Of a stretch of DNA of 64,000 nt, positions 50,093-61,500 are shown piece by piece. Below the pieces are notes generated by a model. That model saw only the letters and a list, made by a program, of their open reading frames with translations. It ran no database searches and had not been told where the DNA came from. The translations under genes were made by a program, and so were the position numbers. The stretch spans positions 372,001-436,000 of the forward strand of contig NC_092674.1 in assembly GCF_964355755.1 (NCBI RefSeq), in the 5' to 3' direction. This DNA comes from Antedon mediterranea (lineage: Eukaryota > Animalia > Echinodermata). How positions within the stretch are numbered: position 1 is the stretch's first letter; each line of letters starts with the position of its first letter.

Positions 50093-53014
50093 AATGGATA
50101 TGAAAGGATTTTAAAATTTCACAAAAAGGACTTTGTATGAATCCTTTTAATGTTAATAAACAGCACACAAAAAATTAGATTCAAATACCTAGTAGAAATT
50201 GAGAAATAAACAAATTAAATTTTGGTATAAAACGTCCGCAAAATGGCCGACCAACTGGCACGCCATCTTAATTTTTATGAACGTTCTATACGCACGTACG
50301 AGATCGTCAAATTTAGAGTTTGAAACACCCGGGGTTGTAGCCACGGCAGCAGTCGTTTTGTGATTGGTTAATGAATTTTAATACAGTCCAATCACCGCCT
50401 TGTCTCGTTCGCGGACTGTGTGTGGTGTAAACAAAATAAACAAACCCATGCTACACGAGACTCGCGTGTTGCAAGCTCCCTGTTGCTGCAGTCGTAGAAA
50501 ATATCGATATTTCACAAATCAATAAAAAGTTATGTCTGCAAAGATTGTACGTGAAAAGAAGAAAGTGTGTATTTGTACTTCTCACACTAAACCACTCACG
50601 CAGACTACAAATTAGGCTAGGTGTAGTAGACTATAGTTTCTTCTAAATTCGCTAGTAGTAGTAGGCTAGGCCTACACATGGAGTTACTCCATGGCCTACA
50701 GTACAAGAGAGTAGCAGTCGCCGGTCCACCGACGAACCTCCAGGAAGTGGACAAGGTGCGGGCGTAGACGTATGTAAAACTTAAAGGCGACGTAAATAAA
50801 AAAGGTAAGCTTGTGTTGAACTTGTTTTTGGCTCTGACTTTTGTTATTGACTAATATAGTAATATAATAATACTAATAATTAAAGTAGAGCAGAGGAGGT
50901 GAGGCCGAGAGGATTATTATAGTTTAGTTAGTAGCTGTAGTGTAATTAAATAATAACCTCTTTCTGTTTGTTACCAAGTCATAAAATATAATACTATAGG
51001 GCCTAGAGGTAGGATTGAATAAAAATAATAGTACATTTCCATCCATTTATTGGTCTTATCTTTGCAGATTTATGGAATCAACAGTACATGAGATGGCTTT
51101 GAAGAACTGTAATAGTACTACTGTAGTAATAAAATTGTAAACAAAATTATATGGCAGAAATAGTGTGTGGAATGAATTTTATTGAACAAATGTATCATAA
51201 TGAGTTTGGAACAAGCAGGATTTTTCAAACAGGACATAAATTACTTTTGAGACCCGAGTGATACATTTTAATTCTATCAACACCAGCCAGCTCCATCATA
51301 TTCAAGAGATGGATTCTTTCATAAATGTCCATTGTACATAGTATTTGGCTAAATAAATAAAAAAAGAAGTACAGTAGTGGTTTATTTGTTTATATACCCA
51401 GACCCATTTAGATGGTTAAAAACAAACACTATATGATGCACTGCTACTAGTGTACTGTCTGGTAGTACATTACCATAGTTACAGTATGACTGTAACCCTA
51501 GCACTCGCGTCTAAAGAATTCTATTATGCATATTTTACTATTCTTCATAAATATTTAGTTCTGTAATTTTAATTGTCTGCGCTCATTCTATACTTGGTGT
51601 CTTAGTATACTGCATAAATGTATCGTGCAAGCATGATCCAAGTAGCATCTATTATAAAGTACTCTGGGTATCTTTCTATTCACCTGAAAAAAGGAAAATG
51701 AATAAGCACATGTTTATCTGCCCTCAAAACAAAATAATAATTTAGTATAATGTATTAATTATGTAGGTTTGATCAACAGTTTAAAATAGCAATGCTCAGT
51801 ATCTGTTACCTTAATATTATAATTTGACACTAACATTTGCGCTTCCATTCCAATCAATAAATACATTTGCTTATCCCGTCCATCAATTATCATAATTGCA
51901 CTCCAATTATAGACCTGTAGGTAGGTAAAAATACAAATGAATTGGTTATTTACTGTATACTGTACTGTATATGATACAAGCTGAAATACCCCTAACTAGG
52001 CCTGGCCTGTTATAACCTTTATTACTACATTAGAGAAAATCCAACTCTATTCATTTTATTGGGAATCATAATATTTAGTATTCAGTGTTGCCTAGATAGC
52101 CTACTAGCTAGTAAGTAGGGCGGCATGTAATAACAAAAAAATATTTTAATAATACGTTAGTCAGGACACTACAGCACACAACAATATTAATAAACGTACT
52201 TATAAATAATGTGTATATACATAATACAGTAACACAATTGTGCCTACCATTAACACCCTCAACGATACATCAAGGAGCATACACTCTCAGCTCACCTCTG
52301 GCCGGGCGACTAAAACACCGTATCCAGCAGTCATCACTACTAAAAAGGCCTAGGCCTACTAGCTCCAGGCCATGGCATTGTCAAACACCATTTACTCGTC
52401 CAACCGTTTCTTCAAAACGATGTTAACATCCGTGTTAACAAGACGATGTGGACGAATTTCCATCAATTTCAGTTAATTACAACGAAATAATAATAAAATG
52501 AATGTTTCAATAATACGTGTATAATAAATAGCGAAATAAACATCGCTCGCGAGGAGGGTCGAGAGAGAGGCCAAGGTGGTCGACTCTGTGATTCTCACGC
52601 ATGCGCAAAATAACTCCGTGTACCCAGCAAGATAGGCATTTGGCTATGAATTTCGTAAAAGATGGCCTTGAAAAACGAAATTAAAATCCGTTTTTAAAAA
52701 AACTTGGTTGATAATATGAATTAATTTTATTTGATTAGGCTAACATACTTATCCAAGAATAAAAATATCAAAGCAATAAGTAATTACTACCATGCTTTTG
52801 CATCAATCAATGATTTACTGCTAAATTCCTATCTCTGTAATACAAAAATAACTTTTAGTGACGTCACAAAAAGTTTTTCACAGGTTTCTCAGGGGCGTTT
52901 TGAGGGCGTTGTCGTCCTCCAAAACATTAAGTATGACTATGGCAAGCTTAAAACTGATTGATCTACACGTTGAGCCAATAAAATGATATTGCTAGGAACC
53001 CTTTCATATCCATT
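50093..53014. mobile_element. Nested 2.9-kb TTAA-specific element (Kolobok-like)
   Basis: TTAA|AATGGATATGAAAGG...CCTTTCATATCCATT|TTAA; the empty site GGAGACACTTAATATATATTTTTATTTCC is present in sibling repeats at ~49876 and ~53193. Confidence 0.8.
50677..50693. mobile_element. 17-bp palindrome CATGGAGTTACTCCATG with 7-bp TSD (candidate P-like footprint)
   Basis: GCCTACA at 50670-50676 and 50694-50700; same CATGGAGT end as 20606 and 48753. Confidence 0.75.
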
Positions 53015-54202
53015 TTAATATATATTTTGATTTCCTATTTTCAATTATAATTGCCATTTTCGAACTATGGTGGGCTAAGATCCTGGAGACACTAATAAAT
53101 ACATTTTTATTTCATATTTTAAATTAAGTGGCATTTCCGGCCATCAGCATTTTTCAAAATTTTCTTATCAACCATGGTGGGGCTGAGGTCCTGGAGACAC
53201 TTAATATATATTTTTATTTCCTATTTTAAATCATAATTGCCATTTTCTAATTATCGTGGGCTAAGATCCTTTCATATTTGAAATTAAGTGCAAAGATCGA
53301 GCAGCTCTCATATTTCAGCTCAAAAATTCTAAATTTTCATGGCTGTAACAGGTTTTTTTTGGGGGGTGGGGGGGGGGAAGAAGGGTTCGTGGGTTGGTCT
53401 TTGTGTCATTTGCAATTACCATTTTCGCACCCCAGATATTTTTAGAATTATTAGTTATTACTCACAAAACTAAAAATACAATTTTTGAACGACATAGGGA
53501 TACAATTTAGGCCCTATATTGTGTCAGTTGGGGTTTTACAAACGTTTATTAGACATACAACCGTTGGTGGCGCTGTTTAGGGCCACATTTTGGGGATCTG
53601 GCATTATTTTTCCCAATCTGGCATTATTTGAGACAGGATACGGCATAATTTAAATTTTATCGCTGGCAACGCTGGAGAGACAACAAGAAGAAAAGACAAC
53701 AAGAGCCACCAAGCCAAGTCCTCTCCGCTCCGCCGAGTCGTTTCCCGCGCGCTTTATGCTTTAGTTAAAAATCATCCAGTAATAGTATTGTTTCGATTTG
53801 TTTGTTTCTTTATACAAATTACAATAAAGGTAATAACGACATTTTTAACACATTATTTTAAAACATTATATGAAGTATATATACTCTAGGCTAGCTGCTG
53901 TGAGTAGTACTAGCTAGGCCTAGTAGGCCTAGGCCTACTAGTAGGCCTCCCTCCCCCTAGGCCTACTACACCAGACACTACAGTCAGTACCAACAGGCTA
54001 GGCTTTATTAGCCTTTGTCAGGCGACTTTCCCAGATTCCTATAAATTATTGACCTAGACTAGTGTAGGCCTAATAGTTAGGTAGGGCCTAGTCCAGACCT
54101 ACTATGCTAGGCCCCTAGTCGTACGTATTATGATGCTATTAATTATTTATTCACCATCAACAGACAACAGTCCTATTATTATTTATGCGTCTTGATTTTG
54201 AG

Positions 54203-56857
54203 GGATTACGGTCGAAGCGGCCGCCAACCAAAGCGGCCGCTAGTTCAATAACGGTAATTTGTATGGAACGCCGTGTGCGCTTTGATTGTCGTTTTGTCAT
54301 TTTTGATTGTCATTTTTGATTGTCATTGTTTCGATCGTCAGGTTTTCTTTTCCTCGGACGTAAATAACAACTTACATTATTAATATTATGTAATATATTC
54401 TCTTTTTTGACAGATTGAATGTGATACCTTCTTTTAAACGAAATGGCAAATCGATGATTACTTACTTTAACTGTTCTAAATGATATATATGTTTAATAAA
54501 GTCAATAAAAAACATTGTGGTGTTTTTATTGTATAATATATAATATGCCAATTATTAAGAATAATATATATATTTTTTCAATAAAATATATCAAATCAAA
54601 ATATATATATTTGTTATTGTATATTAATATATTAGTAAAGTAACTACTGTAAGTAGTACGTGTTCGCAAACATAATTTAATTACAATAACATGATGACAT
54701 CAATTTATTTATTTAATATCCTAAATTGTTTTAAATATTGATCAATTTAAAATTAGTTTTAAATACTAAAATAAGACGCAAGTGCCTGTACGGTACGGTA
54801 ATTAATTACGTGAATTTCTGCTAATAACTCGACTGGCGGCCGGCCAGGAATAGTGCTGTAGAAGGTCGCGTTTTCGTCTTCACGTTGCTTCATTGAAAAC
54901 ACAAACAATGTATTACAATGGAATAACACTTAAATGTATAACACACCCTATTACTAATAATAAAAACCAAGATTCGATAGTACAGTGTAAACGAGATATA
55001 AAAATTCGGCAATACCGTACGTAACTTATTATTGCAATACTGTATAAAGATTCGATGTAAATGAGATATAAAGATTCGGCAATACCGTACGTAAATTATT
55101 AATGCAATACTGTAAAGATTCGATGTAAATTAATGAGATATAAATATTCGACAATACCGTACGTAACTTATTATTGCAATACTGTAAAGATTCGATGTAA
55201 ATGAGATATAAATATTCGGCAATACCGTACGTAAATTATTATTGCAATACTGTATAAAGATTCGATGTAAATGAGATATAAAGATTCGGCAATACCGTAC
55301 GTAACTTATTATTGCAATACTGTAAAGATTCGATGTAAATGAGATATAAATATTCGGCAATACCGTACGTAAATTATTAATGCAATACTGTAAAGATTCG
55401 ATGTAAATTAATGAGATATAAATATTCGACAATACCGTACGTAACTTATTATTGCAATACTGTAAAGATTCGATGTAAATGAGATATAAATATTCGGCAA
55501 TACCGTACGTAAATTATTAATGCAATACTGTAAAGATTCGATGTAAATTAATGAGATATAAATATTCGACAATACCGTACGTAACTTATTATTGCAATAC
55601 TGTAAAGATTCGATGTAAATGAGATATAAATATTCGGCAATACCGTACGTAAATTATTATTGCAATACTGTATAAAGATTCGATGTAAATGAGATATAAA
55701 GATTCGGCAATACCGTACGTAAATTATTAATGCAATACTGTAAAGATTCGATGTAAATTAATGAGATATAAATATTCGACAATACCGTACGTAACTTATT
55801 ATTGCAATACTGTAAAGATTCGATGTAAATGAGATATAAATATTCGGCAATACCGTACGTAAATTATTATTGCAATACTGTATAAAGATTCGATGTAAAT
55901 GAGATATAAAGATTCGGCAATACCGTACATGAATTATTAATGCAATACTGTATAAAGATTTGATGTAAATGAGATATAAAGATTCGGCAATACCGTACGT
56001 AAATTATTAATGCAGTACTGTATAAAGATTCGATAGTATGTAAATGAGATATAAATATTCGGCAATACCGTACGTAAATTATTAATGCAATACTGTATAA
56101 AGACTCGATAGTATGTAAATGAGATATAAAGATTCGGCAATACCTTAATAGTACGTAAATTATTATTGCAATACTGTAAAAAGATTCTATGAGATACAAG
56201 GATTCAGCAATACCGTACGTAAATTATTAATGCAATACTGTATAAGGATTCGATAGTATGTAAATGAGATATAAATATTCGGCAATACCGTACGTAAATT
56301 ATTATATTGCAATACTGTAAAAAGATTCGATAGTATGTAAATGAGATATAAAGATTCGGCAATACCGTACGTAAATTATTATTGCAATACTGTATAAAGA
56401 TTCGATAGTATGTAAATGAGATATAAATATTCGCCAATACCGTACGTAAATTATTAATGCAATACTGTATAAAGATTCGATAGGAGAGTGCTCAAGAAAC
56501 GTCGGGTCAAGAGGATAAAATAAATAAATAGTACGTAATAAATGAGACAGAGGTTCAATAGTATGTAGATTATGATGCAAACGTAAATTATTAATGATTC
56601 GATAATATATAATGTAAATATATTTAGTTAGTTATTAATATTAAAATACAAATAAAATATACATTGATTTATCCGCAGGCAAACTTAATTATTATAGAAA
56701 TATAAAGATTCGATAGTACATGATTTGGCTTATATTTATTGGTTTGACCATACACACAGCTGTAACTCAACTCGCCATAGGCCATGGCGTTGTTCCATAC
56801 AAATGACGATATTAAACTGGCGGCCGCTTTGGTTGGCGGCCGCTTCGACCATACTCC
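54203..56857. mobile_element. Non-autonomous TIR element, GG...CC ends, 8-bp TSD ATTTTGAG (Mutator- or Merlin-like)
   Basis: GGATTACGGTCGAAGCGGCCGCCAACCAAAGCGGCCGC... and ...GCGGCCGCTTTGGTTGGCGGCCGCTTCGACCATACTCC; TSD at 54195-54202 and 56858-56865. Confidence 0.88.
54970..56482. repeat. ~69-77-bp tandem array inside the TIR element
   Basis: Unit AAAGATTCGATGTAAATGAGATATAAA(G/T)ATTCGGCAATACCGTACGTAAATTATTA(A/T)TGCAATACTGT, ~20 copies. Confidence 0.95.
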
Positions 56858-56920
56858 ATTTTGAGCACTCTTGAGTGGTATACTAGCCTATGTGCGCTAT
56901 AAAAATCCTGTTATTATTAT

Positions 56921-58452
56921 CGCCGTGGTTAGGATTCCGGCACCGGAACTCAACTGCCCACCGTTAGGGAATCCGACACGATATTGCGCATGCCCAGAGC
57001 TCTGGGTAGTGAATTATAGCTTGCACTAATAGTGCCACACACCACACCACCGAGAGTCGGAGTGTTATAGGGATTTACTGTAGCCTAGATAGTCGAGTCG
57101 TTGCGCGAGCGAGAGATGGATGAAACTTGGCCTATGCCATACATGAATTAATAATTAAAATACGACTACGCCACGCGTTAAAATAATTATAATGATATTA
57201 ATAAGAATCAGTATCTATCTAAGAATCGTAATGCTGTTTTTAACGTTGCGACCCCGAATTCCCGAACAGTTTTTTCACATCCACGCGGTGGCTGCCGTCA
57301 ACAAATCAACTTGTGATTGCATGTTATGTACAGTATATTAAATGCGTTATGAAAAATCATAAAACTAGTCATGTAATTATATAAGGCGCTACTGCAGTTT
57401 CGCACCACACCGTTATATCTTGGATTTCTCACCTAAACTTTTGTTTTTTACACTCACAACATAATATTTATTATTATGTAACATGTTTATACGATTCGAC
57501 CACTTACGAAGTAATTTTTTTTAAATAACAATACTTTTCAAAACATTTTAAACAATACTGAACTCGCTGTCAACACACTGCGAAATGTTCGCCATCTTAT
57601 ATTTATCAGTTAATTGCCAGAATTTATGCTTCATTTTACCCCAAAAATTGTAGAAACTATAGAGGGCAGTGTTATAAAATCCGATTACACATATAGGCCT
57701 ACCCTATTTAGTTTTGAAAAGCAAGAAATGTTTTCAGCTGGCGAAATAAAGGTTAAATTAATATTTAATTATTAGTATTACTATTATTATTTATATTAAT
57801 GGTTCCTATCAATGTTTTATGTACGGACTCATATCGTCGCCGTTTTGATGTACAGCTGGTTCTTTATAAAACCACTCTTTGCAGTTTAAAAATAAAAACA
57901 GAAAATAAAACATACATTGATTTCTGGCAATTTTCTGAATCTAAAATGGCCACAGTTCAATCGAAGTTTTCGCGAAAAAAGGAGCTGTTTTGAAAGGCAT
58001 TTTTTATTGTGATAAAGGTAATATAACGGTGGCTAAATCATGGGAACATGTTACATAATGGCCCAAAATTGTATGATGTGAGTGCGAGAAAAAAATGAAG
58101 CAAGAAATCGAAGATATAACAGTGTGGTGCGAAACTGCAGTAGTGCCTTATATAATTCATAATGATATGAAGTTTATATATGAATGAAGCAACCACTTTT
58201 TAATTACAAAATAAGTAGGCCCACTGGTCACGTCTAACTGGTAGCCCTAGCCTAGATTAGTGGATCCCGCATTAGTAGGCATCTAGGCTAGTTCGCCGTG
58301 TGGCGCAGCTATGAAATGATCCATCGCTGTATAGTCAAAGAATTGGTATAGTATAGAGTCGCCGATTACCTCGCTCTGGGCATGCGCAATAGCGTGTCGG
58401 ATTCCCTAAGGCTGGGCAGTTGGGTTCCGGTGCCGGAATCCTAACCACGGCG
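56921..58452. mobile_element. Non-autonomous TIR element (~85-bp TIRs, CGCCG...CGGCG) inserted in a (TAT)n tract
   Basis: CGCCGTGGTTAGGATTCCGGCACCGGAAC... and ...GTTCCGGTGCCGGAATCCTAACCACGGCG; flanked by TAT repeats, so TSD length is ambiguous. Confidence 0.88.
57384..58148. mobile_element. Nested MITE, AGG...CCT ends, TATA flanks (Kolobok-like)
   Basis: AGGCGCTACTGCAGTTTCGCACCACAC / GTGTGGTGCGAAACTGCAGTAGTGCCT; a related fragment lies at ~4032-4100. Confidence 0.8.
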
Positions 58453-58507
58453 TATTATTATTATTATCAATAATATTGCTATTGATTGGTTTATATTTAG
58501 AGTAATT

Positions 58508-61500
58508 ATGCCAGCATTACGTGGGAAAACAGCCAAGCTAATTCCAGACGACCAGTCTTCAACTCAAGGATCTGAATATTTACAATCTACAACCAGTTCA
58601 CAGTAATAATACATTTCTTTTTTTCTTTTATTGCTTATCCTCGACTTCAAGCTTTGTTTGTTTTCTCTTTTTTATTAATTACTCTAGGTGCGAATGTTTT
58701 CATTTTGTAAAGAGTCTTGACTGATTTGATTTAAATTTTAACCATGAATCTAATTTTATTAACTGCTTTTTTATTAAAGTGGAGACCATTCAGATGAGAG
58801 TGACAATGAAGAGGGATCAAGAATAAAGAAAAAGCCAGTGCGAGGCCAGGTGAGCTGGATTTATAATTTGAAAATAGAGTTTATTTGATACACAAATCAA
58901 ACATTATATTCTGTTTTTTTCTTAAGCATTAAACATTTGTAATAATAATAATAGTTATTTTACTATGAATATGTGATTTTCAAATGTTTATGTATTTTAC
59001 AGCCTGCAAAACGAGGAAGAGGACGAGGTCGTCAAAAAGCAGAAACTGAGTCAATTGCCAGTAACGAACCTGTCACTTTGTTTGAGATTGTACGTCAAGG
59101 AAAAGGAGGAGCAGCAGTGAGTACTATTATGATGTATCATCAGTTAAAACTAATTCAATAATTAACTTGCACTGTTTCCATAAAGTAATGAAAAACACAA
59201 ATGTAAATCTGAAAAATTTACTTTTATAGACAATCGTAGATGATTGGATTGAAACTTACAAGACAAATCGTGATACAGCTTTGCTGGACTTGATCAACTT
59301 TATCATACAGAGTTCAGGCTGTAAAGGGGTTGTTACGACTGATATGTACGCCACTCTAGAACATAGTGATATCATTAGACGCATGACTGAAGAATTTGAT
59401 GAGGTAACTAATGTACAGACAATTTTAAACAATTTTCTTCTAACCAATTAAAGATGAAAAGATAAATCTTAACAATTTTTTTTAATATGCCATTTTAATG
59501 TTGCAGTTATCCATTTGACCAAAAATGTGATTCAAAAAATGTATATACCTGAAAAAAACTGTAATTTAAAGCAAACAAATTTAACCATTTACTTTGTCTT
59601 TTTCTAAGTTAAAACATTGAGGTTTTTTTTTTAAGGAAGTGATTAATTTTTTTTAAAGTACAAAAAAAAGTCTGATTTAATTAATATTTAATAACTTAAA
59701 AATAGGCGGTGAAGTGCGCTCTAGAAATCTGTATTATTATTATTAACTCATGAAAGTGACCCTTATCCATGTTCACTGTGTACTACTACTATATCTACTG
59801 TGTACTATATCTACTTTTTTTAACAGGAAAGTGGAGACTACCCACTGATAATGACCGGTATAATGTATAAGAAGTTTAAGACCAACTTTTGTGACTTCAT
59901 TAGTGTATTAGTTCGACAATGTCAATATAGCATCTTATACGATCAGTACATGATGGATAATATCATTTCACTTTTAACTGGTCTTAGTGACTCTCAGGTT
60001 CGGGCTTTTCGACACACCAGTACCTTAGCAGGTGAGACTACACATTTTGATTGGTCCACGGTTGTTTAGGTAATATCAACCGACTCCAATTGTGTGTTTT
60101 CATGTATGTTCTTTGTTTCTTTATTCTTACATTGTTTAAAAGTTGTTTGTTTGTACCTGGCTCTGTTTCCGGGAAGCACAACTCATTCTAATTAAGAAAA
60201 GAGAAATAAACTTAACTTTCGATGAATGATCCATTTTGTGAACATTTATACTGTGAATTTGTATTCAAATTAATACTTGGAAGCTTGCTTCTTAATTTAA
60301 TTTAAGTCATATTATTGGTGACTGTTATTCAACATCAATCATACTTGCTTGATACTTGCTTGATGTTATGGGTCGGTTAGAAAGCTAATATAGCTTATAT
60401 GACCCTTCCTGTCTTCTTTTGACCAAAATATAGGTACATAGGGCTCCGGGTGTACACATAATGTTCCAAAATGTTTATAAATTTGAAAAAGTAAAGCTCT
60501 ACTATCAAACTTTATGTGACAAAAAAAATGTGATGTGGCCAAATATGATGATGTCATATCACTACTATATTTAAGCATATCACTACCATATTTGGGTACA
60601 TCACACTTTTTTGTCACATTTTGATAGTGTAGACAAAGCTTTACACATTTAAAAATACTGTTTGTTTTTCAGCTATGAAGCTAATGACGGCGTTGGTGAA
60701 TGTTGCACTTAATCTAAGTGTAAATCTTGATAACACACAAAGACAGCATGATGCTGAACGTCAAAAGCAGACCTCAAAACGAGCAAGTGAGAGAATTGAA
60801 ATGTTACTTGGCAAAAGGCAGGAGATTATTGAAAACATCGAAGAAATTCAACAAATGATGAATAACATCTTTAAAGGAATCTTTGTACACCGATACAGGT
60901 AATTATATATTTTTAAAAAAAGAAAAGGGTTTTTTTTTTAAATATGGTCTACATTATCTACCTTTCATTTTACTTTGTGGACACCTTTCTGCTGGTCCCT
61001 TGTGTTCATTATCTACCTTTCACTTTACTTCTTTACTTTGTGGACACCTTTCTGCTGGTCCCCTGTGTTCATTATCTACCTTTACTTTGTGGACACCTTT
61101 CTGCTGGTCCCCTGTGTTCATTATCTACCTTTCACTTTACTTCTTTACTTTGTGGACACCTTTCTGCTGGTCCCCTGTGTTCATTATCTACCTTTCATTT
61201 TACTTTGTGGACACCTTTCTGCTGATCCCCTGTGTTCATTATCTACCTTTCATTTTACTTTGTGGACACCTTTCTGCTGGTCTCCTGTGTTCATTATCTA
61301 CCTTTCATTTTACTTTGTGGACACCTTTCTGCTGGTCCCTTGTGTTCATTATCTACCTTTCACTTTACTTCTTTACTTTGTGGACACCTTTCTGCTGGTC
61401 CCCTGTGTTCATTATCTACCTTTCATTTTACTTTGTGGACACCTTTCTGCTGGTCCCCTGTGTTCATTATCTACCTTTCACTTTACTTTGTGGACACCTT

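Larger units (their letters stand above)
49092..53674. mobile_element. hAT-like non-autonomous element, 8-bp TSD GAGAGACA
   Basis: CATAGTTGCCA / TGGCAACGCTG termini; GAGAGACA at 49084-49091 and 53675-53682; GGCAT(A/T)AT subterminal repeats at both ends; internal direct repeats 49780-50090 and 53015-53310. Confidence 0.8.

Noticed and set aside
50448-50593. Decayed THAP domain in the Kolobok-like element
   Set aside because: Only scattered Cys/His residues across different frames; cannot be supported without an HMM search.
51474-51501. Palindrome CATAGTTACAGT...ACTGTAAC as another P-like footprint
   Set aside because: The right end lacks CTATG and there is no flanking duplication; the same applies to 31901-31929.
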